Positions 20,172-30,535 are shown, counted from the stretch's first letter. The stretch is DNA of 64,000 bases from Myxococcota bacterium (GCA_965223705.1 OZ245015.1:1984001-2048000); one strand, 5' to 3'. The notes: generated from the sequence alone by a model not told the origin. Made by a program: numbers and translations.

Positions 20172-21248
20172 ATGCAGTACAGCATCACGGTTCAGACAAA
20201 GATTGACGATTGGCAGCTCATCAAAGAAGCGGAAGAGCTCGGTTACGATGCCGCTTGGGTTCCGGACACACAGATGGTCTGGTCCGATTGCTACGCGACC
20301 ATGGCTCTCGCGGCCGCGAACACGTCGCGCATCAAGCTCGGCACGGGCGTTTCGATCGCCGGCACGCGCATCGCTCCGGTCACCGCGCATTCCATCGCGA
20401 CGATCAATCAAATCGCCCCGGGACGAACGTTTCTCGGCATGGGCACGGGACACACCGCGATGCGCGCGATGGGCATGAACCCCATGCCGCTCAAGGAGTT
20501 CGCAGAATATCTACGCGTGCTCCGCGCGCTGCTCCACGGCGAAGAAACGGAGTACACCTACCGAAATCGCACGCGTAACATCGCCTTTCTCCACGACGGT
20601 ATGGGCTTCCGCAACACGGAGGATCCGGTTCCGATCTACGTAGCGGCCAACGGCCCCAAGGCGCTGCACATCGCGGGTCAATACGGCGACGGGTTGATCT
20701 CCGCGATGGGCGAGAATCCCGAGATGTTGGCGTTCAACCTCGGGATGGCGAAGCAAGGCGCCGAAGCGGCCGGCCGGGCGTTTGACGACTATCACACCGC
20801 CTCCATCACGCACGCCGTCGTGCTGCGCCCCGGTGAGACACTGAAATCCGATCGCGTGATCGAATACACCGGCGCCTGGGTCGTGGCGATGATCCACTTC
20901 GTCTACGAGATTTTCGAATACACGAAGAACGAAGAGATGATTCCCGAATTCATGCAGCCGATCTGGGAGGAATACTGCGAACACGTCGACAAGATGCCGC
21001 TCCCGCCGGAGTCGCGAGCGCGCATGATTCACGACGGGCACTGCACGTACTACCCGAAGGAAGAGCGTCGGTTCATCACGCCGGAAATGATCCAAGGCGC
21101 TTGCATGGTGGGTGGCCCCAGCGAACTTGCCGAGCAAATCCGCGCCGCGGAGAGCGGCGGACTTCGAGAGATCAGTTTGTTGCCGCCGATCGACGTGTTT
21201 CGGGATACCATGCAGGAGTTCGCACGCGACGTGATCCCGCTCGTCTAG
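20172..21248 (+). CDS. LLM class flavin-dependent oxidoreductase (paralogue of 2366-3436)
   Basis: [36 protein letters not shown] 20172 follows GGAG and a TAGAAT -10 box. Confidence 0.9.
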   Translation: MQYSITVQTKIDDWQLIKEAEELGYDAAWVPDTQMVWSDCYATMALAAANTSRIKLGTGVSIAGTRIAPVTAHSIATINQIAPGRTFLGMGTGHTAMRAMGMNPMPLKEFAEYLRVLRALLHGEETEYTYRNRTRNIAFLHDGMGFRNTEDPVPIYVAANGPKALHIAGQYGDGLISAMGENPEMLAFNLGMAKQGAEAAGRAFDDYHTASITHAVVLRPGETLKSDRVIEYTGAWVVAMIHFVYEIFEYTKNEEMIPEFMQPIWEEYCEHVDKMPLPPESRARMIHDGHCTYYPKEERRFITPEMIQGACMVGGPSELAEQIRAAESGGLREISLLPPIDVFRDTMQEFARDVIPLV

Positions 21249-21304
21249 CCGTCGAGCGACTTCGGCAACCGAAGACAGTCCAAGAAATCGAAGGGGTGGG
21301 AGTC

Positions 21305-21339
21305 AAAGCGGGCGAGGCCTCTCGGGTCTCGCCCGCTTT
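21305..21339. terminator. Probable bidirectional intrinsic terminator
   Basis: AAAGCGGGCGAG-N11-CTCGCCCGCTTT, perfect 12-bp arms, between convergent genes. Confidence 0.7.
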
Positions 21340-21359
21340 CCTTGGTTTCCTCAATCTCC

Positions 21360-22580
21360 CTAAGCCGCGGGTTTCGGCGCGGTCTTCGGCAGCAACAGGA
21401 GCAAAGCGATCCCCGAAGCGTTGCTGCCGGCACAAACCCAGTAGGCGAGGGAATAGCTTCCCGTCGAGTCATAGAGCCAGCCGGCAAAGGGCGGGCCGAA
21501 CGCCGCGGCAGCTCCCGCGATCCCGAAAATGAAACCGACGATCGCGCCGGCGGAGGCGCGACCGAAGTAGTCGGCGACGATGGCCGGAAACAAAACGGTG
21601 CCACCGCCGTAGGAGAACCCGAACAGCAAGCTTCCAATCGCCAGTACGCCGTAGTCCTCCGCGCGTGCGAACAACACGAACGCGATCGCTTGCAGGGCGA
21701 GGACGCCGGCGAGAGCGGGGCGGCGCCCGATGTGGTCGGAGATCACCCCGGTCGACAGTCGACCGAAAATGCCGCCCGCACCGATCGCCGACAACAAGTA
21801 CGCACCGTCGATCGCACGGAGGCCGAGATCGATGGCGCCTGCCGGCAAGTGCACCATCGGTGTGAAGATGACGAGCCACGTCGACATGAAGATCGCGGTG
21901 AGGATCCACAGGACCGAGGTGCGGCGAGCCTCGGCCAGTTGCCAGATCGCTTCCTCGATCGGTGTGTCGCCGGAGCCAGGTTGCGACGACACGCCGTCGC
22001 CGTCCGGGCGCAGGCCGCGGCTTTCGGGATCGCGCACGATGAAAAGCGAGACGAAAAAGATGAGGAGTCCGCCGACTACGGCCAGCCCCAGATAGGTGGT
22101 GCGCCAGTCGTAAAACTGGAGGAGCCAGGTGACGAGGGGCGGGACCAACATGTTGCCGAAGCTCGCGCCGCTCGAGGATAGGCTCACGGCGAGGCCGCGC
22201 CTGCGAACGAACCAGCGAACGACCGTCGCGTTGCACGGGACAAAGACCGCGCTCATTCCCATCGCGGCGATGAGCCCGACGGCCGCATAGACGTGCCACG
22301 GCAACTCGACGAAGGAAAAGAACCCCCAACCCAACCCGAGCAGCAGCGCGCCGCCGGCGATCACCGCCCGCGGGCCGTAGCGATCGGTCAGGGGGCCGGA
22401 CACGATCCCGAGAAAGCCGTACAAGAATACGTACAGCGCGTAGGGCATCGAGAGCGTCGCGCGATCCCAGGCGAGATCGGCGCTAATCGCGGGCAGCATG
22501 GCGCCGAAACTGAACTGGATCCCGTAGGCGATGAAGAGCACCGAGAACGTGCAGCAGACGATCCACCAACCGTAAAACAC
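21360..22580 (-). CDS. MFS transporter (OFA/MCT-like)
   Basis: FYGWWIV, G.LTDRYGPR, WFVRRRGLA, SDHIGRR, GWLYD.TGSY. Confidence 0.9.
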   Translation of the reverse strand: MFYGWWIVCCTFSVLFIAYGIQFSFGAMLPAISADLAWDRATLSMPYALYVFLYGFLGIVSGPLTDRYGPRAVIAGGALLLGLGWGFFSFVELPWHVYAAVGLIAAMGMSAVFVPCNATVVRWFVRRRGLAVSLSSSGASFGNMLVPPLVTWLLQFYDWRTTYLGLAVVGGLLIFFVSLFIVRDPESRGLRPDGDGVSSQPGSGDTPIEEAIWQLAEARRTSVLWILTAIFMSTWLVIFTPMVHLPAGAIDLGLRAIDGAYLLSAIGAGGIFGRLSTGVISDHIGRRPALAGVLALQAIAFVLFARAEDYGVLAIGSLLFGFSYGGGTVLFPAIVADYFGRASAGAIVGFIFGIAGAAAAFGPPFAGWLYDSTGSYSLAYWVCAGSNASGIALLLLLPKTAPKPAA

Positions 22581-22704
22581 ACAGTGCCTCTGTCGCGGTC
22601 GGGTGCGACGCGACGCATCCTAGCAGCTGCACCGGTCCCCCGGATTTCCCAGCAGGGGTGATCGCGGGTCGGTACAATCGCAGTAACCAGCGAAGGAGCC
22701 CCGA

Positions 22705-23979
22705 ATGACCAAGACGTTTTTTCGCGGAGCGCGGCTACTCGACGGCGTTTCGGAGCCGGTGGACGACCGGGTCATCGTGCTCGACGGCGACCGCATCGAA
22801 GCGGTGACGTCCGCCGGTGAAGCGCCGGAGCCCGGGCCCGGAGACGCGGTATACGATCTGGCGGGGCGCGTCGTCATGCCGGGGATGGCGTTTTGCCATT
22901 ACCACCCGGCCTACGACAACGTGAACAGCCTGGCGGAGATCGATCTCAAGCACCCGCCGACGACCCTGACCCTGATCGCCGCGAAGAACGCGGAGCTTCT
23001 GCTCCAGTGCGGCTACACCATGGCCGTCGGCGCGGGAGCCGCCCACTACATCGATGTGGCACTTCGCAACGCGATTGACAGCGGTCTGATTCCCGGTCCA
23101 CGCATCGTGGCGTGCGGCCGCGATGTCGTGACAACCGGCGACTCTGTTGATTCGCACCCCAAGTGGTGGAACCTGCAACTCGAAGGCCTGGCCAAACGCT
23201 GCGATGGACCGGACGAGTTCCGGCGCGCGGTCCGAGAAGAGATCGCGAACGGAGTCGACATCGTGAAGCTCTACCCCACCGGCGGGCATGGCTTGCCCCA
23301 CCCTTGGGACGTGATGAGCATGAACGAAGACGAAATCGAAGCCGCCTGCACGGCGGCACACGACCGCGGGCGCAAGATTCGCGGCCATTTGATCAACAAG
23401 CGCGGGATCCTGGCGGCGCTGAAAGCCGGCATCGACGTCGTCGATCACGGCGACGGCACCGATGACGAATGCATCGAATGGTTCCTCAAGCAGGGGAGCT
23501 TCCTCGCGCCGAGCCTGTACTTTCCGTGGAAACTCTCCACCACGTTCCGCGCCGGTGACGCGCCGGGTCTCGGATCCATGGTCCCGGAGCTCGAGCGGAC
23601 GCTCGAAACCCACCCTGAGACGATCAAGAAAGCCGACGAAGCGGGCATTCCGATCGTGTTGGGTGACGATTTCGGCTTCGGTGCGCTCATGCCTCACGGC
23701 GACTACGCCCAGGAGCTGACGGTCTACCCCGAGCTCTGTGGCGTGTCGAACCTCGACGTCATCCGCTGGGCGACGCGCAACGGCGCGCTGCTGCAAGGGC
23801 GACTCCACGAGCTCGGGACCATCGAGGCGGGCAAACTCGCCGACCTCTTGGTGGTCGAGGGCGACCCGTCGCGCGACATCTCGGTGCTGACCGATCGCTC
23901 GAATCTGAAGGCCATCGTCAAAGACGGGGCGTTTGTGAAGAACGCGCTCAAGGGAGACGCTCTCGGAGAGGCGGCGTAG
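22705..23979 (+). CDS. Amidohydrolase family protein (Xaa-Pro dipeptidase-like)
   Basis: PG...CHYH metal motif, GPRI, VDIVK, DHG, GDD, GTIEAGKLADL. Confidence 0.9.
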   Translation: MTKTFFRGARLLDGVSEPVDDRVIVLDGDRIEAVTSAGEAPEPGPGDAVYDLAGRVVMPGMAFCHYHPAYDNVNSLAEIDLKHPPTTLTLIAAKNAELLLQCGYTMAVGAGAAHYIDVALRNAIDSGLIPGPRIVACGRDVVTTGDSVDSHPKWWNLQLEGLAKRCDGPDEFRRAVREEIANGVDIVKLYPTGGHGLPHPWDVMSMNEDEIEAACTAAHDRGRKIRGHLINKRGILAALKAGIDVVDHGDGTDDECIEWFLKQGSFLAPSLYFPWKLSTTFRAGDAPGLGSMVPELERTLETHPETIKKADEAGIPIVLGDDFGFGALMPHGDYAQELTVYPELCGVSNLDVIRWATRNGALLQGRLHELGTIEAGKLADLLVVEGDPSRDISVLTDRSNLKAIVKDGAFVKNALKGDALGEAA

Positions 23980-23988
23980 AGCGAACCG

Positions 23989-24969
23989 ATGCGCGTTGGA
24001 GTCTGCATTCGCGGCTACAGCCGCATCATGGAACTGCTTCGAGAGTGCTTGCCCGAAGACGAGGTGTTTGATTGCGATCGCGACGAGGTCGTCGCTGAGG
24101 CCGCGAACGCCGACGTCCTGATCCCGACGATTGCGCCGATCCCAGAGGCCGCCTTCGCGGAGCCGCGGATCAAATTGGTGCAGCAGTACGGCGTCGGACT
24201 CGACAGCGTCGATATTCCCGCGGCGACCCGAGCCGGCGTACTTGTGGCGAACGTCCCGAGCGTCGGCACGGGCAACGCCGAATCCGTCGCCGAGCTCGCG
24301 ATCGCGCACATGCTGATGCTCTCGCGGAGCATTCCGCGGGCATTTGAGCGGTTCCGAGAGAAGCGGGTCGGTTCGCCGTTCGGGAACTGCCTCTGGGGCG
24401 GAACCGTTACGATCGTGGGCTACGGCGGCATCGGCGAAGAGATCGCACGCCGACTCGCGGGTTTCGGCGTGCGGGTGATCGCGGTCTCGAGACACGGACC
24501 TTCGGGCTCTCGTCCACGCGACCCTTCGGTGCATCTCGACCTCCACGTCGGCGCCGAGAAGATGGGCGACGCCGTCGCGGAAGCGGACTACGTCGTGGTG
24601 GCGGCTCCCGCGACACCGGAGAACATCGGGCTCGTCGGTGAATCCGTGCTTTCGCGCATGAAGCCCGGTGCCTACATCGTGAACATCGCGCGGGGACCCG
24701 TGATCGCCTACGAGCCGCTTCTCGAAGGGCTGCGGAGCGGACGTATCGCCGGCGCAGGGCTCGACGTTTTTTGGACCGAGCCGTTCGATCCCGACGATCC
24801 GCTCCTCGCCGAGAACGTGATCGCCACGCCGCATATCGGCGGCGCGACCGAGCGCAGCTTGTGGGGGATCGCCCAAGCCGTCGCCGGCGGAATCGAGGCG
24901 GTGCGACGCGGCGAGGTTCCGCCGTGTTGTGCGAACCCCGAGGTGGGCTTGGGGCGTCTCGCGCGCTAG
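23989..24969 (+). CDS. D-2-hydroxyacid dehydrogenase
   Basis: GVGLD.VD, NAESVAE, GYGGIG, NIARG, GLDVF..EP, TPHIGG. Confidence 0.92.
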   Translation: MRVGVCIRGYSRIMELLRECLPEDEVFDCDRDEVVAEAANADVLIPTIAPIPEAAFAEPRIKLVQQYGVGLDSVDIPAATRAGVLVANVPSVGTGNAESVAELAIAHMLMLSRSIPRAFERFREKRVGSPFGNCLWGGTVTIVGYGGIGEEIARRLAGFGVRVIAVSRHGPSGSRPRDPSVHLDLHVGAEKMGDAVAEADYVVVAAPATPENIGLVGESVLSRMKPGAYIVNIARGPVIAYEPLLEGLRSGRIAGAGLDVFWTEPFDPDDPLLAENVIATPHIGGATERSLWGIAQAVAGGIEAVRRGEVPPCCANPEVGLGRLAR

Positions 24970-25415
24970 CTCGCCAACAGCTCCGAGGCGAGCTTCCGAG
25001 CCAGGGCGCCGTCGATCTCGCCTTTGTGCGCTTTCATCAACACGCCCATCACCTTGCCGACTTCCTTGGGATTCGAAGCGCCGGACTGGGCGATCGCCTC
25101 GGTGACCCAGCTCCGCGTCGTCTCTTCGTCGGCCAGGCTCGGTAGGTATTCCTCGATGACGGCGAGCTCCGCGCGCTCCTTGGCCGCCTGCTCCTCCCGG
25201 CCAGCGGTGTCAAAGGCCTCGATGCTCTCTTTGCGTTGCTTCTCGAGTCGGCGCAAGAGACCGACGCACACCTCGTCAGATAGCGTATCAGCGCCGTCCT
25301 TTTTCATTTCGTTGAGAAACAGCGCACGCACGCTGCGAAGCGCCGCGAGGCGGTCCGCCTGCTTGGCGCGCAGCGCGTCCTTCATGTCGTTGCTGATCGT
25401 ATCGACGAGCCCCAC
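24966..25415 (-). CDS. GatB/YqeY domain protein
   Basis: DMKDALRAK, KQRKESIEAF..AGR, E.AVIEEYLP, GKVMG. GTG start abuts the GST stop. Confidence 0.92.
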   Translation of the reverse strand: MGLVDTISNDMKDALRAKQADRLAALRSVRALFLNEMKKDGADTLSDEVCVGLLRRLEKQRKESIEAFDTAGREEQAAKERAELAVIEEYLPSLADEETTRSWVTEAIAQSGASNPKEVGKVMGVLMKAHKGEIDGALARKLASELLAS

Positions 25416-26116
25416 TACGACGACCTCTTCTGTCCAAAGAGCACTTTCTTCTCGGCGTCGGAAATCCCTTCTTTCAGGATGCGCTCGAACTCCGCGCGCC
25501 CGACGTCGAAACCGCGCTGCACGCCAGGCCGTGCCTGCATCGTCTCGTGCCAGCGCGCGACGTTCGGGAACTCGCTGAGGTCGATACGATGCATGTCGTG
25601 GATCGCGACCCAGCCCCAACAGGCGATGTCGGCGACGGAATACCCGTCGTCGCAGATGTATTCCCGCCCTTCCAGGCGGCCGTCGAGCACGCCGTAGAGA
25701 CGGCCCGCTTCGTCGACGTAGCGATCGATCGCGTATTCGATCGGCTCCGGGGCGTAGCGGGTGAAGTGGTGCACCTGGCCGCACATCGGACCGAGCCCGC
25801 CCATCTGCCACATCAACCATTCGAGCGCCACGGTGCGCTGACGCGGGTCGTCTGACAAAAGCCCGCCGGTCTTTTCCGCCAGGTAGAGCAGAATGGCGCC
25901 CGATTCGAATACCGAAATCGGCGCGCCACCGTCGGCAGGCATCCGGTCGACAATCGCCGGCATGCGATTGTTCGGGCTGATCGCCAGAAAGTCCGGTTTG
26001 AACTGGTCGCCCGCGCCGATGTTCACGTACGTAACGTTGTACGGGAGACCGAGTTCTTCGAGGGCGATCGAGACTTTCCAGCCGTTCGGTGTAGGCCAGT
26101 AGTAGAGGTCGATCAT
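25415..26116 (-). CDS. Glutathione S-transferase (YfcG/YghU Nu-class-like)
   Basis: MIDLYYWPTPNGWK, ISPNNRMPAI, FESGAIL.YLAEK, WQMGGLGP. Confidence 0.93.
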   Translation of the reverse strand: MIDLYYWPTPNGWKVSIALEELGLPYNVTYVNIGAGDQFKPDFLAISPNNRMPAIVDRMPADGGAPISVFESGAILLYLAEKTGGLLSDDPRQRTVALEWLMWQMGGLGPMCGQVHHFTRYAPEPIEYAIDRYVDEAGRLYGVLDGRLEGREYICDDGYSVADIACWGWVAIHDMHRIDLSEFPNVARWHETMQARPGVQRGFDVGRAEFERILKEGISDAEKKVLFGQKRSS

Positions 26117-26180
26117 CGTTCCGGAATCATACGGACATTCCCGGGGAGAGACGAGGCCGTCCGCCCGTTAGACTCGTTCC

Positions 26181-26792
26181 GTGCTCAAGCTGTCATCGGA
26201 AACCGACGCCCGCTGGGCCGCGTGGGCGGTCGAATACCTGCCCGAAGTGCTCCTCGACCACGCGCACTGCGAGAAAAAGGCGGCGGGCGCCGCAGTGAAC
26301 TTGTTGTTTCGCTATCCCCGGGAGCCGGCCCTTCAGGTACCCCTCGCGAATCTCGCCCGCGAAGAACTCGAGCATTTTGAGGCCGTGCTGGGGGAACTCT
26401 CGCGGCTCGACATCCCGTTTGACTGGCAACGTCCCGGGCCCTACGGCGGCAAGCTGCACGCCATCGTTCGCGCCGAGGAGCCCGAACGGTTGCTCGACAC
26501 GCTCCTCTGTTGCGCGGTGATCGAGGCCCGCAGCTGCGAAAGGCTAAAGCTCCTGGCCGGTGTTCTGGAAGACACCCGACTTCGAGCGTTGTATGAAGCG
26601 TTGCTCGCCTCGGAGGCGCGTCATCATGGCGTTTATGTCGAGCTGGCGCGGACGGTATGCCCGGAACACTCCGCGTTCGAGGCGCGCCTGCGGGAAATCT
26701 GCGATCACGAATCGCGGATCATCGCGTCTGCGCCCGCACTGCCGCGGCTCCATGCAGGCGAGGGCTTCGTGTCGGAGGTCGTCAGGCCCTAG
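26181..26792 (+). CDS. miaE: tRNA 2-methylthio-N6-isopentenyl adenosine(37) hydroxylase MiaE
   Basis: L.DHAHCEKKAA, EELEHF, IEARSCER and SEARH di-iron motifs. Confidence 0.92.
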   Translation: MLKLSSETDARWAAWAVEYLPEVLLDHAHCEKKAAGAAVNLLFRYPREPALQVPLANLAREELEHFEAVLGELSRLDIPFDWQRPGPYGGKLHAIVRAEEPERLLDTLLCCAVIEARSCERLKLLAGVLEDTRLRALYEALLASEARHHGVYVELARTVCPEHSAFEARLREICDHESRIIASAPALPRLHAGEGFVSEVVRP

Positions 26793-27901
26793 TCGAGGAT
26801 CCTCCCGAGCGCCTCGAGAAGGGCGTCGACCGTCTCGGAGCGTGCGTTCTCTCCCATCAACCCGATGCGCCAAATGGTTCCGGCCAGCTTTCCGAGTCCC
26901 GCGCCGACCTCGATGCCGTGTTCGAGGAGGAGCGCTTTGCGGACGTCGGCTTCTCCCAGCGAAACGACCGCGTCGGGGAGCCGCACCGACGTCAGCATCG
27001 GAAGCCGGTGCGCCTCGTCGACGAGCGGCTCGAAGCCGAATCGCGCGAGTCCTGCGACAAGGCGCTCCGCGGCCCCCCGGTGTCGCGCCGCGCGGGCTTC
27101 GAGCCCTTCTTCTTCGATGATGCGCAGTCCTTCGTCGAGCCCGTAGATCGCCGAGATGGGCGCTGTGTGGTGGTAGACCCGTTGCCCGCCGCCGTAATAA
27201 CCGGCGAGCAGACCGACGTCGAGGTACCAACTTTGCACCGGTCTCTGACGGTTCCCGGCTCGCTCGACGGCGCGCGGACTGAAGGAGACCGGGGACAGGC
27301 CCGGCGGGCAGGACAGACATTTCTGGGTGCCGCTGTACGCCGCGTCGATCCCCCACGCGTCGAGCGAGACCGGCAAGCCGCCGAGCGACGTCACGCAATC
27401 GAGAACGACCAAGGCGTCGACCTCCGCGGCTGCCGCAGCGATCGTCGGCACCGGCTGGAGTGCGCCGGTGGACGTTTCCGCGTGAACGAAGGACACAACG
27501 CGGGGACGCGTCTTGCGAATCGCATCTCCCATCGCGTCGTCGGACAGCACGGTGCCGGGTTCGGTCTCAACGCGGGTGACCATCGCACCGATGCGCGAAG
27601 CGACTTCGCACATCCGCTCGCCGAAGACGCCCGCGACTCCGACGACCACCGCGTCTCCTGGCTCGAGCAAGTTCACGAGGCACGCTTCCATGCCCGCGCT
27701 GCCGGTCGCCGAAAGGGGAAGTGTCATCGGATTGTCGGTGCCGAAAAGCGGACGCAACCGATCTTTCACGCTGTCCATCATGTCGAGGAAGACCGGGTCG
27801 AGATGACCCAAGAGCGGGCGGCTCATCGCCTCGAGGACGCGGGGCGAAACGTTCGAAGGGCCGGGGCCGAGGAGCAGTCGTCGCGGGAGTTCCGTGGGCA
27901 T
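26789..27901 (-). CDS. Alanine-glyoxylate/serine-pyruvate aminotransferase (class V PLP)
   Basis: LLGPGPS, GHLDP.F, HAETSTG, D.VTSLGG, SGTQKCL, YHHT, RIGLMG. Confidence 0.93.
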   Translation of the reverse strand: MPTELPRRLLLGPGPSNVSPRVLEAMSRPLLGHLDPVFLDMMDSVKDRLRPLFGTDNPMTLPLSATGSAGMEACLVNLLEPGDAVVVGVAGVFGERMCEVASRIGAMVTRVETEPGTVLSDDAMGDAIRKTRPRVVSFVHAETSTGALQPVPTIAAAAAEVDALVVLDCVTSLGGLPVSLDAWGIDAAYSGTQKCLSCPPGLSPVSFSPRAVERAGNRQRPVQSWYLDVGLLAGYYGGGQRVYHHTAPISAIYGLDEGLRIIEEEGLEARAARHRGAAERLVAGLARFGFEPLVDEAHRLPMLTSVRLPDAVVSLGEADVRKALLLEHGIEVGAGLGKLAGTIWRIGLMGENARSETVDALLEALGRILD

Positions 27902-27960
27902 CGGCGCAGTATATCCAGGCGCACCGTGCGTCGCCGGGTTACGTTTGCCCGAGGGACCTC

Positions 27961-28116
27961 ATGAAGCGTTGGACCATTTTCTTGCTCGGCCTTCTCATCG
28001 TCGGCGCCGGTTGGTACGTCCTCGCTTCGGGCCCGCGCCCCACACAAGACAGTCACCCCGAGATCGACGCGTCGTCGCGAGAGAAACTCCAGCGCGAACT
28101 CGAGCGCGGCGATTGA
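27961..28116 (+). CDS. Small single-TM hypothetical protein (51 aa)
   Basis: MKRWTIFLLGLLIVGAGWYVL followed by a charged tail. GAGGG RBS. Stop overlaps the dgt start (TGATG). Confidence 0.65.
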   Translation: MKRWTIFLLGLLIVGAGWYVLASGPRPTQDSHPEIDASSREKLQRELERGD

Positions 28117-29264
28117 TGGGCTCGCTGCGCGAGCAGTACGAAGAGCGGGAGGCAACTCGCCTCGCCGGCTACGCCTTGACCGCACGCGCGTCGCGCGGAC
28201 GCTTGCACCCCGAAGAAGGTCACGCCTACCGCACGGATTTCCAGCGAGACCGCGACCGCATCGTGCATTCCCGGGCGTTTCGGCGCCTCGAATACAAGAC
28301 CCAGGTATTCATCTTTCACGAAGGCGACCACTACCGGAACCGGTTGACCCACACTCTCGAAGCGAGCCAGATCGCCCGCACGATCGCCCGCGTGTTGCGT
28401 GCGAACGAGGACCTCGCCGAAGCCATCGTGCTGGCACACGACTTGGGGCATACGCCGTTCGGCCACGCCGGCGAGCACGCGCTGGCGCGATTGATGGAAA
28501 GCGATGGCGGCTTCGACCACAACCGCCAGACGCTCCGCATCGTCGATTGGCTGGAAGAGCGCTACCCGGCTTTCCGCGGACTCAACCTCACCGACGAGAC
28601 GCGCGAGGGGATCCTGAAGCACGGGTCGAAATGGGACCACCCGGTACCCACGCCGCCACTCGCTGCGAACCCGAGTCTCGAAGCACAGCTCGCCGACGCG
28701 TCGGACGAGATCGCGTACCTGAATCACGACCTCGACGACGGCTTGCGCTCTGGCCTCCTCACCCGCGAACAGCTCGAAGTGCTCTCGCTCTGGCGGGAGG
28801 CGACGCGCCTCGCGAGGGATCGTCACGGGGATCTCGAAAAGGCTGGCGCGCATCCGGCGATCAGCGCGTTGATCGACATGCTGACGACCGATCTCGTTCA
28901 CGCGACGATCGCGCGACTCGAAGAACAGGGCTGTGAGAGCGTCGACGACGTGCGCAACGCTCCGACTCGGGTCGCTGTCTACTCCGACGCCGTTGTCGCC
29001 GCCCGGCGAGAGCTCCGGGAGTTTCTGTTCGACAATTTGTACTACCACCCTCGTGTGCTTCGGATGAGCCGCAAAGCCGAGCGTATCCTGACCGATCTCT
29101 TCGGCATCTATCGCGAAGAACCGCGGCAGCTGCCCGCGCGCGTGACGCGGAATTTCGCCGATGTGGGCGAGGCTCGGGCCATCGCGGACTACATCGCCGG
29201 CATGACCGACCGGTTTGCCCTTTCCGAGCACCGAAAACTCTTCGATCCGCACGAACCGGTCTGA
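28116..29264 (+). CDS. dgt: Deoxyguanosinetriphosphate triphosphohydrolase (dGTPase-like, HD domain)
   Basis: FQRDRDRI.HS.AFRRL..KTQV, RLTHTLE, HDLGH.PFGH.GE, D.IAY..HD, DYIAGMTD. Confidence 0.95.
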   Translation: MGSLREQYEEREATRLAGYALTARASRGRLHPEEGHAYRTDFQRDRDRIVHSRAFRRLEYKTQVFIFHEGDHYRNRLTHTLEASQIARTIARVLRANEDLAEAIVLAHDLGHTPFGHAGEHALARLMESDGGFDHNRQTLRIVDWLEERYPAFRGLNLTDETREGILKHGSKWDHPVPTPPLAANPSLEAQLADASDEIAYLNHDLDDGLRSGLLTREQLEVLSLWREATRLARDRHGDLEKAGAHPAISALIDMLTTDLVHATIARLEEQGCESVDDVRNAPTRVAVYSDAVVAARRELREFLFDNLYYHPRVLRMSRKAERILTDLFGIYREEPRQLPARVTRNFADVGEARAIADYIAGMTDRFALSEHRKLFDPHEPV

Positions 29265-29324
29265 TATAAGCGGCAGCGAGCGGGTGATCTATCGTCCCCC
29301 GACAAGAGACAGGGGTCGTGAACA

Positions 29325-30515
29325 ATGAGCTTGGCGCAAGCCCTCGAACGTGCGGCTCGGGCGATGCCCGCGACCGCGGATCAGATCCGCCCTGCGAACG
29401 GCGATCCGCACCGGCTTTTGAGTGAACTCGAGGCCGACGCGGCGGGAGAAGTCCTCGCGTGGCTGTTGCGCGAAGAGCCCGACGACGCGGCGGAGTTGGT
29501 CGAGGTCTGGCTCGACGAGCCGTCCGGGCGCGACCTGGTGCTGCAACTCGACGAGGGCGGTCTGCCGAAGGCGAGCCGCAAGCTCCTTCGCCGAGCGCGC
29601 CACGCTTTGCGCTCGAAGGGGATCGATGTGCCCGAAACGCCGCCGGTCGCGCGGGTGGCGTCGCTCCGCAAAGTCGACGACGAGTTCCGCACCGCGGCGC
29701 TCTCGCCGATCGATCCGGCCGGAGCGCGGATGGCCTACCTCGTCGAACCCCATCCGAGTGGCGGCGCTCGCTTGTTCGAGATCGGCTTGTCGAGCTCGAA
29801 AGGTGTCTTGGGCGTGCGGGTGTACTCCGCGAGTCGCAGCAAGATTCGCAGCTTCCTGAAAGAACTGACCGGTCGAGCAGGACAGCCCGGCGTGACCGCT
29901 CCGCCTGACGCGGTCCGGGCGCTGTTCGCGCGGGCGCTCGCGAAGCAGCCCGAGAGCCGCCCCGTGCCGGGCACCGTGGCGGAATGGCGCTCACAGCTCA
30001 TGCCACCCGAGGGCGAGACTCCGGCGACCCCGGCGGAGCGCGTGGTCGAAGCCTTGGGGGAGGTCGCCGCGGACGCCGACGGCGCCATCGAGCTCGCGCG
30101 CACCGCGCGGGTGGGCCCTTGGCCGAGAGACCCGAAAGACCTCGAAGCGCTCGCGGAGAAACTCCGCGATCAGGCGGCCGGGCCGATCGTGTTGAGCCCG
30201 GCTCAGCGCAAAGAGCAGGCGGCCACGTTGATCGACGAGGCTCTGGACGAGTGGTTCGGGGGTGCTGGGGGCGAAGAGATGGCTACCCTGTACCGCGAGT
30301 CCGCGTTCATATTGTGGCAACGCGGCGAAGAAGACACGGCCCGGACCTGTCTGGCCGCAGCCCGGGCTTTCGAAGAGCAACCCCCCACGCGCAATCCCAT
30401 GGCGCGCTTCTTGGTAGAAACACCGCTCGCCGCCGTCCTCGCCGAAGCGACCGGAACGGCCCCCGAGAGCGCTGGAGAAGCGACCGAGGAAGGCACGTCG
30501 CTCATCACCCCCTAA
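29325..30515 (+). CDS. Hypothetical protein (396 aa)
   Basis: Long ORF with typical codon pattern in a co-directional run. Notable segments K..RK..RRA.H.LRSKG and SPIDP.G.R. No family recognised with confidence. Confidence 0.8.
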   Translation: MSLAQALERAARAMPATADQIRPANGDPHRLLSELEADAAGEVLAWLLREEPDDAAELVEVWLDEPSGRDLVLQLDEGGLPKASRKLLRRARHALRSKGIDVPETPPVARVASLRKVDDEFRTAALSPIDPAGARMAYLVEPHPSGGARLFEIGLSSSKGVLGVRVYSASRSKIRSFLKELTGRAGQPGVTAPPDAVRALFARALAKQPESRPVPGTVAEWRSQLMPPEGETPATPAERVVEALGEVAADADGAIELARTARVGPWPRDPKDLEALAEKLRDQAAGPIVLSPAQRKEQAATLIDEALDEWFGGAGGEEMATLYRESAFILWQRGEEDTARTCLAAARAFEEQPPTRNPMARFLVETPLAAVLAEATGTAPESAGEATEEGTSLITP

Positions 30516-30535
30516 AGGTAGGTAGGCCGCATGCA

